DNA of 49,741 nt from an uncultured Pseudomonadales bacterium (GTDB lineage: Bacteria; Patescibacteriota; Microgenomatia; UBA1400; MFAQ01), in contig CAZYOB010000005.1 in the NCBI GenBank assembly GCA_964648275.1, forward strand, positions 1-49,741, given 5' to 3'. Position 1 is the stretch's first letter; each line of letters starts with the position of its first letter. A model generated the notes under the pieces. That model was not told where the DNA came from and made no database searches. It saw only the letters and a program-made list of their open reading frames with translations. Below, in pieces: positions 8,231 to 16,950 of the stretch. The translations under genes were made by a program, and so were the position numbers.

Positions 8231-10195
8231 TTACTTTGTCTCTGTGGGGGTTGGAGCGGTTTCTTTTGGAACCAGTGCCTTTAGTTCACCGATCACCTCG
8301 TCCAGCTGTTTCATCTCGTCACTATCAGTCTGGGTGTATTTTTTGGCTTCCTCCATGTACGCAAGGGCACGGGGATAATTCTTGACGCTTTTGTAAACCA
8401 GCCCGAGGTTGTAATAGGGAATGTTCCAGTTGGGTTTGAGCTCGATGGCTTGAGAAAGGACTCTTACTGCCATCTCAGCATCTTCCATTTGGAAATAGAA
8501 GGTACCTAGTTGAACTCTAAGTGTTGGGTTGGTGGGGTCCAGCGAGATAGCCCGGGTATATGTGGCCAGGGTCCAGTCTACGGATCCTTCAATGCCGTAT
8601 CCTGCGAGAGTGCGGGAAATACCGGCAAGGTTTTCCCAGACGACGACGTCATTAGGAGTAAGGTCGGCTGCTGCCTTGGCTTCGTTAAGGGCTTGATTGG
8701 CAAATTCCAGGGCTTTTTGTTTATCCTCATCAGTGACAGTTTTGCCTTCTTGTCCGGTGGTGAGTAAGGACTTGGTCACCGCAAGATATGTTTGAGACAG
8801 GTTAATTTTCAGATACGGGTCGGTGGGATCAAGTTTGGAAGCCTCGATTTGTTTGTTGTATGACTTTATTTGGTTGTCTTTGACGGTTTGAGAGGCTTCG
8901 AAGATGGCCAAGTTGGCAGCATAAGTTCTCGAGGCAATGTTCCAGAAGACAGCCAAAAGGACGACTGAGGCTACCGTTAACAGCCAAGGTAATACCGGAA
9001 GGCCGGGGCGATCCTTGGCGGGTGTTTCCGAATATGCGGAGGTGACTTGTTTGGTGGAAAGATTTAGCTGGACATCTTTGACAGAATGACTGTTTTCCAG
9101 TTTAAGTTTAACTGCAGAGGCAATCAGAAGAATAATACCCATAACCTGAGCAGGGAGACTTGAAGGGACAAGTATAAAAAGAAGGAAGGTGGAGAGGACC
9201 CCCGCCATCAGAAAAGCGGTTTCCGGGTCGGATAAATATTTTTCTTTCAAGAGGGCCCTGATGGTCTTGAGATAAGAAAGGGCGAAGAAAAGTAATCCAA
9301 GAACACCTGTTGTGGTCAAAATGTTTAGCAGCTCGCTACTTGAGCTGGGGAATCTAATTGTCCAGATATTGTTGTCAAGGTTGAGGGATGAGGGTTTGAG
9401 TCGGCTATATACTTGGGTAAAAGTATCTGGTCCGGTGCCTAAAATGGCTGTTTTGGGGGTTTTTAGAGTATCGACGGCGATCGACCAGCCGGCAGAATAC
9501 GGAAGGAGGAGCACACCCCGATTGTCGGAAGTGGGAAGAAGGAGCTTAAGGGAGAAGGCGGATCCGGAAGCGATGATGATGGCAGCGGCAAGCATGAGAG
9601 GCTTGATCATCCAATTGCGAGTAGTAACTCCATAACTTATCGTGGCTAACAAGACGGGTACAGCCAGAGTCAGATAGTTGTAGGGACTGCCAGCAGGATT
9701 GAATACTTTTGATTGAAGCCACTCAGGTCCGGGTATCTGGGCGATGATCCCCAGATGGGAAAAAATAGAAAAAACACTCAGGAGAACTACGGAGCTGATG
9801 GTCCCGATGATGATGCTTCTTACAACCAGGAAGGTTTTTTGGGTAGAGGTTGTTGCCAAGTAGATAATGAACAGCCCGGTGGCAACTGCGGTAGAGTTCA
9901 TAAGAGAAAAGCGCGGATTGGGATGCTTGATCAGAGAGGACAAAATATAGACGACTGACAGGCCTGCCAGCGGGAGAAGTGCGGGGGAGAGGGAAATTTG
10001 GATGTGTCCTCTGGCTACCAGTCTAAGGCAGAAGAAAAGAAGAGCAACTGAGGAGACAATAAAGACCAAAAATTGTTTGTTGACGTGAAAAAATTCCGGT
10101 GTAAGGGGGACAAAGATAAGTGGAATGAGGAGAATTAGAAATGCAGGTAAGTAGCGAAGGATGTTGGTCGACAATTTATCAATCAGTTTACGCAT
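8231..10195 (-). CDS. polytopic membrane protein with C-terminal TPR repeats (O-antigen-ligase/Wzy-like architecture)
   Basis: About 10-12 TM helices in the first ~420 aa. The C-terminus has TPR-like repeats (AISLDPTNPTLRVQLGTFYFQMEDAEMAVRVLSQAIELKPNWNIPYYNLGLVYKS). The family assignment rests on architecture only. Confidence 0.5.
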   Translation of the reverse strand: MRKLIDKLSTNILRYLPAFLILLIPLIFVPLTPEFFHVNKQFLVFIVSSVALLFFCLRLVARGHIQISLSPALLPLAGLSVVYILSSLIKHPNPRFSLMNSTAVATGLFIIYLATTSTQKTFLVVRSIIIGTISSVVLLSVFSIFSHLGIIAQIPGPEWLQSKVFNPAGSPYNYLTLAVPVLLATISYGVTTRNWMIKPLMLAAAIIIASGSAFSLKLLLPTSDNRGVLLLPYSAGWSIAVDTLKTPKTAILGTGPDTFTQVYSRLKPSSLNLDNNIWTIRFPSSSSELLNILTTTGVLGLLFFALSYLKTIRALLKEKYLSDPETAFLMAGVLSTFLLFILVPSSLPAQVMGIILLIASAVKLKLENSHSVKDVQLNLSTKQVTSAYSETPAKDRPGLPVLPWLLTVASVVLLAVFWNIASRTYAANLAIFEASQTVKDNQIKSYNKQIEASKLDPTDPYLKINLSQTYLAVTKSLLTTGQEGKTVTDEDKQKALEFANQALNEAKAAADLTPNDVVVWENLAGISRTLAGYGIEGSVDWTLATYTRAISLDPTNPTLRVQLGTFYFQMEDAEMAVRVLSQAIELKPNWNIPYYNLGLVYKSVKNYPRALAYMEEAKKYTQTDSDEMKQLDEVIGELKALVPKETAPTPTETK

Positions 10196-10204
10196 AGGGC
10201 AATT

Positions 10205-10705
10205 CTAGAGACCGACAACTTGATAGTCAACTGTTCGATTTTCCGTGGAGGCCGTGTCTGTGCTGAGAATGAAGAAACCGTTGCCTTTCGACTTGACAAA
10301 GTAAATGGAACTGTCGCCCTGCTGAGGAATAATGAGTATCTGACTGTTACTGTCTATCTGCTTGTCTTCGATCATGATTTCGGTAAGACCGGCCGAGATA
10401 GTAGCAGTATGGTCAGTGCTGTTTGACTCCTGGACAGTGTCGATAGCTGATGGAGTAGAGGTGTTGTCTGCGGCGATAATGGGGAGATTGACCTCGGTGG
10501 TGGGAGTGGGAGTGACATCTTCACTGATGACTGTCTGAGGCGAGGGCGAGAGGAGGCTGCCGGTAGGTTTGTCGGAGGAGTAGTAGCCGATACCGATGAG
10601 GGTGATGGGGATAAGGATGAAGATAAAAGCAGTGAAGGCAAAAACTATCTTTCCGACGGGGGCGGATCCACGAGAATTATCGAGGTTTGAAAATTCGATT
10701 ACCAC
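10205..10705 (-). CDS. membrane-anchored protein with Thr/Pro/Ser-rich linker, unknown function
   Basis: 166-aa ORF with a GTG start and one TM helix (IVFAFTAFIFILIPITLIGIGYY). Lies directly downstream of 8231..10195 on the same strand. Confidence 0.5.
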   Translation of the reverse strand: MVIEFSNLDNSRGSAPVGKIVFAFTAFIFILIPITLIGIGYYSSDKPTGSLLSPSPQTVISEDVTPTPTTEVNLPIIAADNTSTPSAIDTVQESNSTDHTATISAGLTEIMIEDKQIDSNSQILIIPQQGDSSIYFVKSKGNGFFILSTDTASTENRTVDYQVVGL

Positions 10706-10744
10706 TAGTTTCTTATTATAATAGATATTGTCATAATAGTTCTT

Positions 10745-11413
10745 ATGGAATTGGAAGTAAGTGAATGGCCGAAGGGATTGGAGAAAGTAAAACCGGGTAT
10801 AAAAAACATTTTTTATAAAGGGAATATCGGATTATTGAGTGACGGGCGTCCGAGGTTGGCGGTGGTGGGGAGTAGAAAAATGACCGACTATGGAAGGGAA
10901 ATAATCGACCGCTGGGTACCATCACTGGTCAGGCGTGGAGTGGTGATAGTGTCCGGTTTTATGTATGGCGTCGATCAGGAAGCTCATCGTGTTTGTATAG
11001 AAGAAGGCGGAAGCACTATTGCGGTCTTGGGATGGGGTATAGACAGAAAAGTGGCGAGACTGGACGAGAATCTGTATCAGAAAATATTAGAAAGTGATGG
11101 ATTGATAGTGTCAGAATACCCGGGAGTGACACCTGCCAGAATTTGGACTTTTCCTCAAAGAGATAGGATCGTAGTGGGTATTTCCGACGCAGTTTGGGTA
11201 GTTGAGGGTGCGCTTAAATCGGGAAGTATGATCACTGCTAATCAAGCGACAGCACAGGGGAAGCCACTATTGGCTTTGCCGGGAAGGGTGGGAGTGAATG
11301 TGGCCGAGGGTGTGAATGGACTGATAAAGATGGGAAGAGCAGAAATGGTAACGGGGGTTGGAGATCTCTTCGAGGTGTTGGGTTTGGTTCCGGGTCAGTT
11401 GAGTTTGGGTTGA
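10745..11413 (+). CDS. dprA: DNA-processing protein DprA (Smf), short form
   Basis: Rossmann-like DprA core: AVVGSRKMTDYGREII...VSGFMYGVDQEAHR...TIAVLGWGID...FPQRDRIVVGIS...VVEGALKSGSMITA. Confidence 0.85.
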   Translation: MELEVSEWPKGLEKVKPGIKNIFYKGNIGLLSDGRPRLAVVGSRKMTDYGREIIDRWVPSLVRRGVVIVSGFMYGVDQEAHRVCIEEGGSTIAVLGWGIDRKVARLDENLYQKILESDGLIVSEYPGVTPARIWTFPQRDRIVVGISDAVWVVEGALKSGSMITANQATAQGKPLLALPGRVGVNVAEGVNGLIKMGRAEMVTGVGDLFEVLGLVPGQLSLG

Positions 11414-11470
11414 TCTAGTTTGATATATAATATGGGTTGTACTTTCCAAACCTACGTTTAAGGAGTCAAT

Positions 11471-12349
11471 ATGGCAACTTTTGCTACTTCCGTGCCTGTC
11501 GCATACGCTCTTTGGCCTACCTCCACCCAGTATTTAGGGTCAGAAATTCCTTGGGGAGCCGACCCCAACAATTCCCTGCAGAGACTAATGATCACATTGA
11601 AGGATCCATCTCTGGCTTTGGCCTCGACGATGGATAATTCTGTCTTGCGGGCCTGCGCTTCGAATAGCGCCGCTGTGGTCAATAAGTTCCTGAGAGACGA
11701 AAAATTCACGATCCAACTGACCGACGCCGGTTCTTTGAATATGCTGTACTGCGCTGCAGTGATGAAGCTATTGGGAAAATTTTTGGTTCCAGGCACAAGC
11801 GGTTATTACCTGAGCAAAATCGGTAAAAAAGCGTTCCGTCTAGGACGTGACTCAGGGATAAAGCATTATATGTTCAGGCCGCAGATCGGTGAATCTTTCA
11901 GGATAGTGGAAGTGCCGACCATGGCAGGTTTTTCATTATTGGTCGCCAGGCCGACAGGGGTAACCGGTTGGGATATGTTGATCGACTGGTCGCAAATGAC
12001 CTTCTTTATGAAAGAAGTAGAAGGAAACGGCGTGATTCTCCCGAGTGCACAGATCGACGAAGCGAAGGTGGATGTTAAGGCGCTCGTTGGTATGACAGGT
12101 GGAGAATGGATGATACAGGAAGCATTGATGGCCGCCAAGTTCGGGTTGACTCGTAAAGAGGTCAAGTTCGAAGCTGCCTTTGCCTTTTCGGCCAAACGAG
12201 CTGTTGATCCGCGACATGATCCTGAGCCGGATGATTACGTTGCCGATCACGATCTTTACTTCGCTCTGGTCCGTCAAGGACATATATTGCCGATCGCGGT
12301 TGGTCTGATACCTTCAGAAGAGTTGTCGGACGCAAGCGACGTAGAGTAG
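11471..12349 (+). CDS. hypothetical protein; C-terminal two-thirds resemble a serpin core (divergent and short)
   Basis: SD AGGAG. FRIVEVPTMAGFSLLVARP resembles the serpin 'lelpY.g..lsm.iiLP' segment. EVKFEAAFAFSAKR resembles the hinge (EeGteAaAat). YVADHDLYFALVRQGHILPIAVGLI resembles the 'f.adrPFlf.i...g.ilF.G.v' end. At 292 aa it is ~100 aa short at the N-terminus. Confidence 0.4.
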   Translation: MATFATSVPVAYALWPTSTQYLGSEIPWGADPNNSLQRLMITLKDPSLALASTMDNSVLRACASNSAAVVNKFLRDEKFTIQLTDAGSLNMLYCAAVMKLLGKFLVPGTSGYYLSKIGKKAFRLGRDSGIKHYMFRPQIGESFRIVEVPTMAGFSLLVARPTGVTGWDMLIDWSQMTFFMKEVEGNGVILPSAQIDEAKVDVKALVGMTGGEWMIQEALMAAKFGLTRKEVKFEAAFAFSAKRAVDPRHDPEPDDYVADHDLYFALVRQGHILPIAVGLIPSEELSDASDVE

Positions 12350-12359
12350 TTTTTCTTAA

Positions 12360-12384
12360 GGAGAGGTAACCCCTCTCCTTTTTT
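12360..12384 (+). terminator. rho-independent terminator
   Basis: Stem GGAGAGG / CCTCTCC followed by T6. Confidence 0.7.
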
Positions 12385-12424
12385 GTGGTTATCAGAAAGG
12401 TGGTCGTTGGGTTAAAATACAGCT

Positions 12425-12922
12425 ATGAAAGAAAATGAAAGTCCACTTCAACGATCGTTAGTACTGATTAAACCCGATGCTGTACAAAGGTCTCTGGTAG
12501 GGGAGATAATTTCCAGATTTGAGAAGAAAGGTTTTAAGTTAGTAGGAATGAAGATGATGCAGTTGGATGATGAAACTCTGAAGGAGTGGTATCACCAGTA
12601 TAAAGATGCTCCTTTTTTCCCGAAAATCGCTTCTTATATGAAATGGACCCCGGTAATTGCTATGGTTTGGGAAGGGTATATGGCTGTCGACCTGATCAGG
12701 CGAATTATTGGAACACGTAAAGGCTATGAAGCCGAGGCAGGATCTATCAGGGGAGACTTGGGAATGAGTGGGGGGAACAACTTGGTGCATGCGTCCGATT
12801 CATTAGAGAATGCTGCAAGAGAGATTGGAATCCTATTTAAGAAGAATGAGATGCATAAGTACAACTCTTTGACCGAACAGCTTATCTACAGTGAGGATGA
12901 GATCGGTGGGGTATTCAGATAA
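12425..12922 (+). CDS. ndk: nucleoside diphosphate kinase
   Basis: RSLVLIKPDAVQRSLVGEIISRFEKKGFKLVGMKMM, plus the active-site His context NLVHASDS. Confidence 0.95.
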   Translation: MKENESPLQRSLVLIKPDAVQRSLVGEIISRFEKKGFKLVGMKMMQLDDETLKEWYHQYKDAPFFPKIASYMKWTPVIAMVWEGYMAVDLIRRIIGTRKGYEAEAGSIRGDLGMSGGNNLVHASDSLENAAREIGILFKKNEMHKYNSLTEQLIYSEDEIGGVFR

Positions 12923-12939
12923 GGTAAAATATTGAGGAC

Positions 12940-13011
12940 CGGGGTGTAGTGAATCGGTATCACGCTTCGTTCGGGACGAAGAGACAGGCGGTCCAATTCC
13001 GCCCACCCCGA
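12940..13011 (+). tRNA. tRNA-Pro (anticodon CGG), unusual T-loop
   Basis: CGGGGTGTAGTGAATCGGTATCACGCTTCGTTCGGGACGAAGAGACAGGCGGTCCAATTCCGCCCACCCCGA folds as a cloverleaf with anticodon loop TTCGGGA. The T-loop reads TCCAATT (C at position 55). Confidence 0.8.
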
Positions 13012-13087
13012 CATTGACCTATATAATGCATTGTGGTATATTGCTGGGATCGTAGTTCTTTGAATTTTCGAATCAGGAGGATATGGT

Positions 13088-13417
13088 ATGAGGACAGTGT
13101 TTTCCGCGACCTTGATGGCAGTTGGTGCAGTGCTATGGTTCACAGCCTGGGGATGGATATCCGCATTGGCGGTCTTTGGGGGTATGAACTTTTTTGGTAT
13201 TCTAACCAAACAAGTAAGAGAAGGCAGTGGAGCATTTTATATTGTTGGCTTGGTGACGATCTTGTTGATGGTTGTTTTCTATGTCGGGGCACCTGTGGCT
13301 GCCTGGTTAGTTTGGGGACATTTAGAGGGTATAGCGTACGCCATGATCTCAATTATCGGATTAGTGTTTCTTGTTCGAGATGCCAATCAGATACAACCTG
13401 AGTCGATCGAAAATTAA
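13088..13417 (+). CDS. small membrane protein (3-4 TM), unknown function
   Basis: 109-aa ORF with SD AGGAGGA 6 nt before the ATG. Hydrophobic throughout. Terminator follows. Confidence 0.6.
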   Translation: MRTVFSATLMAVGAVLWFTAWGWISALAVFGGMNFFGILTKQVREGSGAFYIVGLVTILLMVVFYVGAPVAAWLVWGHLEGIAYAMISIIGLVFLVRDANQIQPESIEN

Positions 13418-13425
13418 GATAGTTG

Positions 13426-13449
13426 CCGGGGTTAACACCCCGGTTTTTT
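13426..13449 (+). terminator. rho-independent terminator
   Basis: Stem CCGGGG / CCCCGG followed by T6. Confidence 0.65.
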
Positions 13450-13453
13450 AGCG

Positions 13454-13481
13454 TAAAAAAAGCGGAGCATATAGCTCCGCT
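13454..13481 (-). terminator. rho-independent terminator for 13502..13717
   Basis: Stem AGCGGAGC / GCTCCGCT. T7 follows on the minus strand. Confidence 0.65.
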
Positions 13482-13501
13482 GTCGTAAAAAAATTATAAA
13501 T

Positions 13502-13717
13502 CTATCTGTGGCTATTCTGTGAGTGAGTTCGTAACCAGGAATAGTACTCACGTAATAACGAATCTCGAGTGCTTTTTGGCGTGCAATTTAGGGTACAGAC
13601 TTCTTCGCCTACGGTAATTTCGCCGGTGGCTGCTTTCTTAGTCCGGTCTCTAGTTTCTAGGAGTCGTTCAACTAAAATCTCTACATCATCTTCATCTCGG
13701 GCAAGTATGGTTGTCAT
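13502..13717 (-). CDS. small hypothetical protein (71 aa)
   Basis: ATG at 13717 lies 6 nt after AGGAG (the track uses TTG at 13723). Soluble and charged. Terminator downstream. Confidence 0.5.
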   Translation of the reverse strand: MTTILARDEDDVEILVERLLETRDRTKKAATGEITVGEEVCTLNCTPKSTRDSLLREYYSWLRTHSQNSHR

Positions 13718-13763
13718 ATTCAACTCCTGTGTAAAGGTTCTTGACCCATATTATATCAGAGAG

Positions 13764-13837
13764 TGCTGATGCCCAGAGTCGAACTGGGGACCTGCTCGTT
13801 AGGAGTGAGCTGCTCTATCCATCTGAGCTACATCAGC
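13764..13837 (-). tRNA. tRNA-Arg (anticodon CCT)
   Basis: Reverse complement: GCTGATGTAGCTCAGATGGATAGAGCAGCTCACTCCTAACGAGCAGGTCCCCAGTTCGACTCTGGGCATCAGCA. Anticodon loop CTCCTAA, with one A-C mismatch at the base of the anticodon stem. Confidence 0.85.
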
Positions 13838-13876
13838 ATGAGGATATTTTACTACTTTTAGGTTTAAAATAGGCGC

Positions 13877-14536
13877 ATGAAGAAGGAGTTTGATCTAACT
13901 AAGGAGCTGGGAAGAAGAAATTGGCTTGATAATGCTTCCGGAGAAGCATATTTACTGGGCAGTCTGGCAAATGAGCCTGAATTGGCCATGCAGGGAACGG
14001 TGTTAGCCGGTTTAATAAGGGAAATCCCGTACGACAGCGAGGAGTTTGCATGGGTAATCGCGGCGGGGAAGGATCTAATAAAAAAGATCGATGAGGCCAA
14101 GAGAAGGTCCTCTGCGGTTGTTTTTATCGATGAGGTGGCAGTGTATGAGGAGGGAAATAGGAGGACTACGCTGGATTGGGAATACGATTTGATCTTTGTA
14201 GAAGGTGGATATCAGATCAAGATGGTGATGCCCGAGTATTATGGTAAAAAGCCGAGTGATGATAGAGTAGAAAAAATTTGTGAACTGGCCAGAGCGTCCT
14301 ATGGCAGATTTGACACATTCAGGCGAAGTGAGAAATCACAGATGATGGAGACGCAGAAGATGGACTCGATTGAGGTGTGGGACGGAGTAAAACAGGTCTA
14401 CAGGCAGTTGGATTTTAACCATGAATGTGGGTACAAGCGGGGGCAGTTGAGAATATTCTATTTTGACGATTATTCCCAGGTAATGAATGTTTGGCAGCAG
14501 GTAAGGGCTATTTCAGGTCGAAAGACATCAGGTTAA
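13877..14536 (+). CDS. hypothetical soluble protein
   Basis: 219-aa ORF with no recognisable motif. Its 3' end overlaps the convergent gene 14508..15812 by 29 nt. Confidence 0.55.
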   Translation: MKKEFDLTKELGRRNWLDNASGEAYLLGSLANEPELAMQGTVLAGLIREIPYDSEEFAWVIAAGKDLIKKIDEAKRRSSAVVFIDEVAVYEEGNRRTTLDWEYDLIFVEGGYQIKMVMPEYYGKKPSDDRVEKICELARASYGRFDTFRRSEKSQMMETQKMDSIEVWDGVKQVYRQLDFNHECGYKRGQLRIFYFDDYSQVMNVWQQVRAISGRKTSG

Positions 14537-15812
14537 AGGTGTCGATCCTTTGGTTGATGTTGGTGAGAAGTATGAGTTTGCTGGCATCGGGAGAGGGGAC
14601 AATGAAGTTGGAACTGATCTGGGCATTAGTGACGGTAACAGGATTAATGGCATCATAATCGGTGATTTGAACCCCTTCATTAGAGGTGGTAATCAGCTGG
14701 CGACTACCGTACCAGGAAGTGTTGGTAGTGTAGCGGCTCTCGGTTTGGGCCTTCAGTTGTTTAATCAAGGGCAGACTTGCAGATGGGGTGGAATCACTTG
14801 CAGTGATAATTACTTTAGCCGATTCAGTTGTATCTTGAGATAGTCTGAACTGATAGTTGGTGCCTTCCTTCAAGTCGTAGACATAATAAGCGTCCTTGGT
14901 AAGATTTCTGGTTTCCGGAGTCGAGTTGATATTAGGCAGGGTTTTCCCGACAGTGTTCTCAGGAAGCGAAATATCTTCGAGGGGGCTATAGAAGACTCTC
15001 TCTTTGTCGGGGGAGAAGTAGACGTTGACTGCCTTTTGGATAAAGATATCTGTCATGAACTTGGGATATAAAGTGAGGGAAGATTGATTGATCTTGGCCA
15101 GTTGGTTCTGCCATTCGGAGATGATCAAAGGTAGGCGATAGGTAACATCGGTGAAATTTCTCGATTGATTCATCGACCTGGTGGAAAGGAGGTGCGAAGA
15201 AATAATTCTTTCAGAGGTTTTGGTGGTCTCAAAGAAAACGGCCAGAATCTGGGAGCTATCAGGTGACCAGATGAGAAGTGCTTTTGAATAATCACGCTCG
15301 GAATCAGTGATCTGAAGATTTTGGCTTCCGAGGAGATTGCCGGTGAGAGAATAGACGTAAAGGCCACTATCGGCACTTACGGGTGTGTGACTGAGGACGT
15401 AGGCGATCTTGGTTCCCTCCGGATTAACCGAGGCATTGTCAGCTTGATAAAAAGTGATTGGTGATGTGGCCGGAATGATAGGAAATAGGCGGGTGTCGAC
15501 AGAGGAGACAAGTTCGGATCTGACGGGAACTGACTTTGTCCATGGATGGAAGCCGTCCTTCTCAATTTTAATGGTGTAATTTCCGGGAGTAAGGTAGAGT
15601 TTGTCGTCGGTGACCGTTGTTAACCGATCATTGATGATGACTCTGGAGTCTTTGGGGTAGGATGTGAGGGAAAGAAGGCCAGTACCCTGGATGGCTCGAT
15701 CTTGGATGTTGGGTCTATACCCTTTGGCGAACTGGATGGCCACGGCGGTACCGATGACCAGAACAAGTACTATTAGAAGATTGATGACAAGCCTTTTTGT
15801 TTTGGGATTCAC
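14508..15812 (-). CDS. membrane-anchored PEGA-domain protein with TolB-like beta-propeller repeats
   Basis: N-terminal TM helix. PEGA-like segment SYPKDSRVIINDRLTTVTDDKLYLTPGNYTIKIEKDGFHPW. Repeated motifs PEGTKIAYV, WSPDSSQILAV and YFSPDKERVFY. Confidence 0.6.
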   Translation of the reverse strand: MNPKTKRLVINLLIVLVLVIGTAVAIQFAKGYRPNIQDRAIQGTGLLSLTSYPKDSRVIINDRLTTVTDDKLYLTPGNYTIKIEKDGFHPWTKSVPVRSELVSSVDTRLFPIIPATSPITFYQADNASVNPEGTKIAYVLSHTPVSADSGLYVYSLTGNLLGSQNLQITDSERDYSKALLIWSPDSSQILAVFFETTKTSERIISSHLLSTRSMNQSRNFTDVTYRLPLIISEWQNQLAKINQSSLTLYPKFMTDIFIQKAVNVYFSPDKERVFYSPLEDISLPENTVGKTLPNINSTPETRNLTKDAYYVYDLKEGTNYQFRLSQDTTESAKVIITASDSTPSASLPLIKQLKAQTESRYTTNTSWYGSRQLITTSNEGVQITDYDAINPVTVTNAQISSNFIVPSPDASKLILLTNINQRIDTFNLMSFDLK

Positions 15813-15942
15813 AGGTACTATTATATAGTCTTTTTGATAATATTACCTTTATTGGGCATATACATAATTGTATAAATGAGGTCTAATGTAATACTTTGAT
15901 ATATTAGGATTGGGTTTGGCGTTAGTGTACAATTACACCAAA

Positions 15943-16950
15943 ATGGGATTCAGTTTTTCAAAAAAAGTAGCTATAGATTTAGGAACCGCCAACAGCTTGG
16001 TTTATGTGGTGGGTCAGGGAATCGTATTGGAAGAACCGACTGTGGTGGCTGTATCGGTAAATGACGGAAAAGTGCTGGCAGTCGGGAAAGAAGCACAAAG
16101 TATGTTGGGAAGAACCCCCGGTAATATCAAAGCCAGTAAACCAATGAGAGACGGGGTAATCGCCGATTATGCGGTGACCGAGGCAATGTTGAAGTATTTT
16201 CTAAGAAGAGTAGGTGGTCAGGGAATTTTCAAGCCGGAGGTAATGATCTGTGTTCCCGCAGGAGTAACTCAAGTGGAGAGAAGGGCCGTATTGGGGGCGA
16301 CAATCGCAGCCGGAGCCAGGAATGCCTATCTTATCGAAGAACCCCTGGCAGCGGCAATAGGGGCAGGGGTGCCGATCGCCGAAGCAAGTGGAAATATGAT
16401 ATTGGACATGGGTGGCGGTGCCAGTGAAGCAGCGGTAATATCATTAGGTGGTGTCGTGACATTTAAAAGCGTCAGGGTGGCAGGGAATAGGATTGACGAG
16501 GCTATATCTAAATATGTCAGAAGAAAACATAACTTGGTCATTGGAGAAACGACGGCTGAGGGGGTGAAGGTAAAGATAGGGTCGGCAATGGCTTCAAGTA
16601 AAGAAGAGAGAATGGAGGTCACGGGACGTGACAGTATCACCGGTTTGCCTAGACAGATAGAGATAAGCTCTTACGAGGTTTTTGAGGCCATTAGAGAGCC
16701 TCTGGGAAAAATCATCGCTATGTTAAAGACGGTGATGGAAGAAGTTCCTCCAGAATTAAGCTCTGACATTATTGATAAAGGTATAGTAATGACTGGGGGG
16801 ACAGCACTGTTGAGGGGATTTGATAGACTGATCACTCAAGAAACAGGTGTTCCAGCTTTTGTAGCAGAGGATCCTCATAAGTGTGTAATAAAAGGAATTG
16901 GGATAGCGATAGAGAACTTGGATGTCTACAGTAGAAGTTTAGGTAAGTAA
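15943..16950 (+). CDS. mreB: rod-shape/actin-like protein MreB
   Basis: MGFSFSKKVAIDLGTANSLVYV..., DMGGGASEAAVISLGG, and the C-terminal GIVMTGGTALLRGFDRLI. I prefer the ATG at 15943 over the track TTG at 15910. Confidence 0.9.
   Translation: MGFSFSKKVAIDLGTANSLVYVVGQGIVLEEPTVVAVSVNDGKVLAVGKEAQSMLGRTPGNIKASKPMRDGVIADYAVTEAMLKYFLRRVGGQGIFKPEVMICVPAGVTQVERRAVLGATIAAGARNAYLIEEPLAAAIGAGVPIAEASGNMILDMGGGASEAAVISLGGVVTFKSVRVAGNRIDEAISKYVRRKHNLVIGETTAEGVKVKIGSAMASSKEERMEVTGRDSITGLPRQIEISSYEVFEAIREPLGKIIAMLKTVMEEVPPELSSDIIDKGIVMTGGTALLRGFDRLITQETGVPAFVAEDPHKCVIKGIGIAIENLDVYSRSLGK

Noticed and set aside
12886-13209. 107-aa minus-strand ORF spanning the ndk 3' end and the intergenic region.
   Set aside because: It overlaps the hand-folded tRNA-Pro (12940..13011) and the SD-supported plus-strand gene 13088..13417.
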